Positions 59,629 to 64,000 of a DNA stretch of 64,000 nt are shown here, in pieces. The notes under the pieces are model-generated. The model ran no database searches and was not told where the DNA came from. It saw nothing but the letters and a program-made list of their open reading frames with translations. A program made the position numbers and the translations under genes. The stretch is taken from positions 26,575-90,574 of IMG/VR virus record IMGVR_UViG_3300010885_061525; one strand, 5' to 3'. How positions within the stretch are numbered: position 1 is the first letter of the stretch; each line of letters opens with the position of its first letter. Source of the stretch: a virus.

Positions 59629-60414
59629 TCACACAGATCCGGCAGGCTCAATAGCATCCATAGTGCAAGCAATGATTTCTTCCCATATTTTACGAAAAAG
59701 CTTTTCGTTGGGAGGGCCGTCTAGTTTTTCAAATATCGTGCCTTTCAGATCATCTTGATAACCCATACCTCTAGAAAGTTTTCCAAGATTATCAAGAATA
59801 TTCCCAAGCCCATGAATATTATCCCACAGACACCCCCGGCATTTCCCTACTTCCGGGGTGTTGTCAAATTGATCAAAGAGTCCCCACAAAACAGGAAATG
59901 GCTTGGATCGGTCTGGCGCTTTAAAAGATGGATTCATCGGGTCTGTTCTTGTATCGAAGTTCTTGATGCTATCTCTATACTGATTCATTAATTTAGGATT
60001 TGGAGTCAAACATCCACTCTTTATTCCGTTTGTAACGTACGAGCAAATGCCTTCTAAAACCCCTTGAACAAAAGGTCCGTCGTGTCTGAAATATTCAAGT
60101 GTCATTTCCTCTTTCCCAAGGAATTCAACGATAGGACCCAATTCTCGGGATTCAACCAGAGTAATGCTAATGCAAGGAAAACCCTTGATGTCTTTTAAAA
60201 AATCTGTAGAATTACAATCAGCATCGTGTTCAAATGGAGGTCTCATCACTCTTAAATATTCAGAAAAAGGCTGGCAAGTCGTATCATCAGTAACGACAAC
60301 GTCGTTCACATCAGTTATATCAACCCCTGCAGGCTTAACCGGAAGTTTATCGATCTGGTTTAACGTTACACCCAAGGCAAACGCCAGTCGATCCAATATT
60401 GTTTTTTTATTCAT
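59629..60414 (-). CDS. Cys-containing orphan, leader-family paralog B2
   Basis: Start MNKKTILDRLAFALGV at 60414, 20 nt after GTGTAT (60435-60440). Confidence 0.8.
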   Translation of the reverse strand: MNKKTILDRLAFALGVTLNQIDKLPVKPAGVDITDVNDVVVTDDTTCQPFSEYLRVMRPPFEHDADCNSTDFLKDIKGFPCISITLVESRELGPIVEFLGKEEMTLEYFRHDGPFVQGVLEGICSYVTNGIKSGCLTPNPKLMNQYRDSIKNFDTRTDPMNPSFKAPDRSKPFPVLWGLFDQFDNTPEVGKCRGCLWDNIHGLGNILDNLGKLSRGMGYQDDLKGTIFEKLDGPPNEKLFRKIWEEIIACTMDAIEPAGSV

Positions 60415-60472
60415 AAAACCCTTATTATAAATAAATACACGAATATGGATTTTATAGGGTGTATAAATTAGA

Positions 60473-60841
60473 ATGATCACATGGCTAGAATTACCATCGA
60501 ACCCTTCCTATGAAGTAAGCAATACAGGGCTTGTAAAGCAAAAGAACAGGATGATTTTTAATAGGGGGCGACTATACAATAAGGCGGGTGGAATGGTAAA
60601 GATACATCAAGATGAGGATGGGTACTGCTTTGTCGTTCTTGCTCATAGGGGGAAAAATGGGAAAAAGTTCGTTCATAGATTGGTGGCCGAAGTGTTTATA
60701 GGGCCGTGTCCAACGAATATGACTGTCGATCATATTAATAGAGTGAGGGATGATAATAAAATAGAGAATTTGAGATATGCCACCTCCTCGGAACAAAATA
60801 AGAATAGGGTGTTTAAAAAAAATGCAGCTAAAAATAATTGA
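60473..60841 (+). CDS. NUMOD4-HNH homing endonuclease
   Basis: YEVSNTGLVK (NUMOD4), VHRLVAEVFIG...VDHINRVRDDNKIENLR (HNH). Confidence 0.9.
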   Translation: MITWLELPSNPSYEVSNTGLVKQKNRMIFNRGRLYNKAGGMVKIHQDEDGYCFVVLAHRGKNGKKFVHRLVAEVFIGPCPTNMTVDHINRVRDDNKIENLRYATSSEQNKNRVFKKNAAKNN

Positions 60842-62216
60842 GGAGTTTAGAAATTTAATAAGTCCCCTTCCAAAGGAACAAAAGGAAGCTCTTAAACAAA
60901 ACATAAAAACCTATGGACTCAGGGATCCACTAATAGTTTGGCTGGAAGAAGATGTGCTTATCGATGGGCATAACCGATATGATATATGTGAAGAATTACA
61001 GATAGAGCCTAAGTACGTTTATTATAGTTTTAAAGATAAATATGACGTTCTGTCTTTTATAATTGAAAATCAGATAATAAGAAGAAATCTCCAGCCCTAC
61101 GAGAAAATAGAAATTTATGTAAAACTGAAAGCGGAGCTAAACAAGGAGGGGTCTTCTAAGAAGACTACGAAAAAAGATAAAAAACACAACACTTTACTTC
61201 TATTAGCAGAAAAAACAGGATATTCCCATGACACTTTACATAAAGCTTTTTATATAGATAAAAATGGAAGTCATGATTTAAAGCAGCAGTTAAGAAATGG
61301 AATTATAAGCATAAGTCAAGCTTATAATAAGCTAAAAAGTCTATCTGCAGGCGGGCTTAAAGACAAGTTTATTTTTCCGCCGTTTAGCATCTTGGACTCC
61401 TCTTCGATGGATTGGTTAATTAGAAAAAGAGAATGGTTTAATACTATAGGAGGAGCGACTGAGACTAGAGATGGCGCTTTTGGAAGGACTAGTGTAGGAG
61501 AAAATGAAGTGAAAATTTTATCTCAAATAAATGCCGGAACAAGTGTTTTCGATCCTGTTTTATGTGAAGTTCTTTTAAAATGGTTTTCTGTTAAAGACAG
61601 TATTATATTAGATCCTTTTGCGGGTAGTCATGTGCGAGGTGCTGTATGCGGGCTTTTAGGAAGGAATTACGTTGGGGTCGACATAAGGGAAGATCAAGTG
61701 AGTGTTAATAAAGCCATTATTGAGAAATTGGGCTTGTCTGAAAGGGTTGTTTATAATATTGGGGATTCTATTGAGATTGGTAGTGTGTTAAAGGGGGAGT
61801 CTTTTGATATGTGTTTGACATGTCCACCTTACTATAACTTGGAAGTCTATTCGAAAGAGGATTTGAGTTCCTTTGCGAGTTACGAAGAATTCATTTTAAA
61901 TTATTCTAAAATAATAAAAGAGTCTATTAGTTTATTAAAGAACGAGGCGTTTTTTATTGTGATAGTTGGTGATGTTAGAAATAAATATGGTGCTTATCAT
62001 GGATTTATATATGATAATATTAGGATATTTTTTGAGGCTGGATTGAAATTATATAATGAAATTATACTTAAGAATTCTATTGGAACAGCAGCGTTGCGCG
62101 CTAGCAATAGTATGAAAAATAAAAAAGTTACCAAAATACATCAAAATGTATTAGTGTTTTACAAAGGGGATGTTAAGAAAATAGGGGAAATTATTGATGA
62201 TTTATCAGATATATGA
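60822..62216 (+). CDS. ParB/Srx-domain + amino (N4C/N6A) DNA methyltransferase fusion
   Basis: GLRDPLIV...LIDGHNRY...N..RRNL (ParB); DPFAGS (motif I) and TCPPYY (motif IV). Confidence 0.88.
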   Translation: MQLKIIEEFRNLISPLPKEQKEALKQNIKTYGLRDPLIVWLEEDVLIDGHNRYDICEELQIEPKYVYYSFKDKYDVLSFIIENQIIRRNLQPYEKIEIYVKLKAELNKEGSSKKTTKKDKKHNTLLLLAEKTGYSHDTLHKAFYIDKNGSHDLKQQLRNGIISISQAYNKLKSLSAGGLKDKFIFPPFSILDSSSMDWLIRKREWFNTIGGATETRDGAFGRTSVGENEVKILSQINAGTSVFDPVLCEVLLKWFSVKDSIILDPFAGSHVRGAVCGLLGRNYVGVDIREDQVSVNKAIIEKLGLSERVVYNIGDSIEIGSVLKGESFDMCLTCPPYYNLEVYSKEDLSSFASYEEFILNYSKIIKESISLLKNEAFFIVIVGDVRNKYGAYHGFIYDNIRIFFEAGLKLYNEIILKNSIGTAALRASNSMKNKKVTKIHQNVLVFYKGDVKKIGEIIDDLSDI

Positions 62217-62448
62217 TAAGTGATATAATAGTCCTTATTTGGCTTACCAAGGCGCCCCGTTTTTGCGGGGTGTTTTTGTAAAAAGAAAGTGCTTATAACT
62301 GGTTTTTGCTTGTGAAAACGCGTGGACCACCGGCGCCGCCGGCGATCCTTCCGGTCCCTATTAGTAGAAGACGGACATTCTAACCAACGCGGTTCGGATC
62401 CGATCTTCGCATTCAAGTCAAGCGCCCTATCAGGGCGAGGAATCTCTC

Positions 62449-62910
62449 ATGCTCCCAGGTGCCACCACCATCGCTTCCGTGTCCGTGTCTCTCCGTCTCA
62501 TCCCTGCGATCGCTTCGACCGTCAAGACCGCGACTTGGAACGCCGTGACTGCGAAGAAGTCGCCCGAGAAGTTCGCCCGCGATCTCGAGGCTACGCTTCT
62601 CTCCCGCCGAGCCGATCGTGCGCTCCCCGAGCAGACCGCCTACGATCTGCGGAAGGCGCGCGCGCGCGCCATTCGCGGAGCGATCGGCTCCGCCGATCTG
62701 CTCGCGGCGAACGCGAAGCACTCCGCCGCCGAAGCCTTCATGGCGGACGCTACCGATCTGCTCGTCTCCCTCCCCAAGTCTGCGCACAATATGCCGATGC
62801 GCGCTGATGGTTACGGTGGAAATTGGACGATCAGCGACCTCGTTTCGTATTGGCTCACGAGCGAGTCCAAGTCGGACGCGTCTAAGCGCGCGGGATATAG
62901 CGGCGCGTGA
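62449..62910 (+). CDS. GC-rich hypothetical protein
   Basis: GAGGA SD 7 nt before ATG; strong GC3 bias in this frame; followed by hairpin. Confidence 0.65.
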   Translation: MLPGATTIASVSVSLRLIPAIASTVKTATWNAVTAKKSPEKFARDLEATLLSRRADRALPEQTAYDLRKARARAIRGAIGSADLLAANAKHSAAEAFMADATDLLVSLPKSAHNMPMRADGYGGNWTISDLVSYWLTSESKSDASKRAGYSGA

Positions 62911-62930
62911 ACGCGTTACGGTGAACGGAT

Positions 62931-62958
62931 ACCCTCCCCCCCCTAGGGGGGAGGGGTT
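62931..62958 (+). terminator. GC-rich hairpin after ORF 62449-62910
   Basis: CCCTCCCCCC..cta..GGGGGGAGGG inverted repeat; lacks a good U-tract. Confidence 0.5.
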
Positions 62959-62989
62959 CCCTTCCTCGTGAAGTGAGAACATATACTGT

Positions 62990-63853
62990 AAAGTAGTCGA
63001 GAGACCAGTTCGGTCTCGCAGAGACTCCCTACTCCGTGAAAGACCGGATGGCTGGGACCGATCACGAGCGAATGAGCGGCGTCGGCTAGGGAACCGCTTT
63101 CGGGTAATTACCCGATTCTCTTAAGGTGGCGCAAGCCTGCGGGAGTCTTTACTGAAATTCAATATGGTATGTCGCGTCGATCACGCAAGTGATTGCAGCA
63201 ACCCGTCCGAGGAATCGGATAACGCAAATGGGATGCTTATATACCATATGATGCGAGTGCGTGAAACGCTCGTGTCGGAGGCTTCCTCTAGTGGGGGCTG
63301 ATCCTTGAATGACCGCCTGGGCAAACCAGGCGAATAGATAGCAAACTAGATAGGTGCGAGTTGGAACCGCTCCCGGAAAGTCAACCTTACGGTAAGTACG
63401 AAAGTCCTTACGCAGGGGGGTATGAGCCGGGGTATAGCGAAGCCCGAGCAGCCTAGGTGTCGAACACGCCGAGAGTTAGTTACTCTCATAAACATGTGCG
63501 AATAGAGCCTAGGGTAAACTTAGTATTGACCGTGCGGACGAAAGTCCACATGGTAACGACATGCGATGCTACTAAGTTGAAACAGGGATGTGGCGCACGT
63601 ACCGGCGTAAATCAAGCGTGACTTGTGATGTGGACGAAAGTCCACAGGCTACAAGTTGTCGTGAGGTATGCGTCGATGGCGGCAATGCCTATTCCGTCTA
63701 CGGACAGAACTGCAAGTATGAATCCCAATCGCCTATGCGACAGCCATATCAAAGGCTGCGCACGGGTTGGACGGAGAGTAGACCCGCACTGAATAATACG
63801 CTACTGAGAGTGGGGTAAGTCGGTCGATTCTCTCAGTAGACGTGCGCATGCCC
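62990..63853 (+). ncRNA. Large highly structured ncRNA, GOLLD-like (family assignment tentative)
   Basis: No credible ORF; many nested helices (63022-29/63141-48, 63162-70/63241-49, 63517-25/63570-78, 63593-600/63840-47, 63801-10/63830-39) and GNRA-capped stems (GCAA x2, GGAA, GAAA x3) that read as GNRA on the + strand. Confidence 0.75.
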
Positions 63854-63889
63854 AGCGCCGTCTGACGTTACGATATACGTCACATTCAA

Positions 63890-63924
63890 GGGGGGCGGCG
63901 GATGATTCCGTCGCCCCCTCTTTA
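63890..63924 (+). terminator. Hairpin downstream of the large RNA
   Basis: GGGGGCGGCGGA-tgat-TCCGTCGCCCCC then TCTTT. Confidence 0.55.
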
Positions 63925-64000
63925 CGTCCCACATGACTGGAAGGTTGTGTGGGACTTTCAGTGTTGAGTTGGCTCTGTCATAGCCCTCTACGAGTGGGCG

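Noticed and set aside
62159-62982. Alternative overlapping ORFs (62322-62807, 62413-62982, 62618-62971, 62159-62416)
   Set aside because: Arg-rich off-frame products of GC-rich DNA; only 62449-62910 has an SD and GC3 bias
63588-63818. 76-aa ORF inside the structured region
   Set aside because: No recognisable protein features; lies wholly within the paired 3' RNA domain
62990-63853. Group I/II intron, rRNA fragment, tmRNA or tRNA cluster
   Set aside because: No interrupted host gene, and I could not find group II domain V, group I P7 consensus, tRNA T-loop/cloverleaf or rRNA signature sequences by eye; cmscan is needed to exclude them formally
1-64000. Genome-wide stop-codon reassignment (TGA=Trp)
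   Set aside because: Only one suspicious in-frame TGA was found. TGA is used as a genuine stop in many ATGA overlaps, Trp is encoded by TGG, and genes are intact under code 11

Overview
This is a 64-kb segment of a large, AT-rich tailed dsDNA phage, probably a long-tailed siphovirus: it has a 2985-aa tape measure and no recognisable sheath gene. 1-18.6 kb (+) is a replication/recombination module. It holds a PD-(D/E)XK nuclease, a DNA polymerase III alpha (DnaE) split into two intein-free genes, a DnaQ-like exonuclease, SSB, four or five glycosyltransferases, a Rad52/Sak-like annealase and a Whirly-like protein, and is interrupted by an accessory island. 18.6-55.9 kb (-) is the morphogenesis arm: sigma factor, small terminase, GDP-mannose dehydratase, HNH, ERCC4 nuclease, large terminase, portal, protease-scaffold, decoration, major capsid, neck, tail tube, chaperones, tape measure and tail-tip genes. 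56-62.2 kb is a second accessory island followed by a NUMOD4-HNH and a ParB-methyltransferase. At about 62.3 kb the composition switches abruptly to GC-rich, and a roughly 860-nt highly base-paired non-coding region follows, resembling giant ornate phage RNAs such as GOLLD. Three features recur or stand out. (i) A GTGTAT motif precedes about 16 late transcription starts. (ii) About ten dispersed, mostly Cys-rich orphan proteins share a basic/amphipathic N-terminal leader ending in an x-x-A motif and lie behind that promoter, which makes them candidate capsid-packaged cargo. (iii) One tail-tip gene is broken by a single in-frame TGA. All product calls come from motif recognition by eye; no database searches were run.
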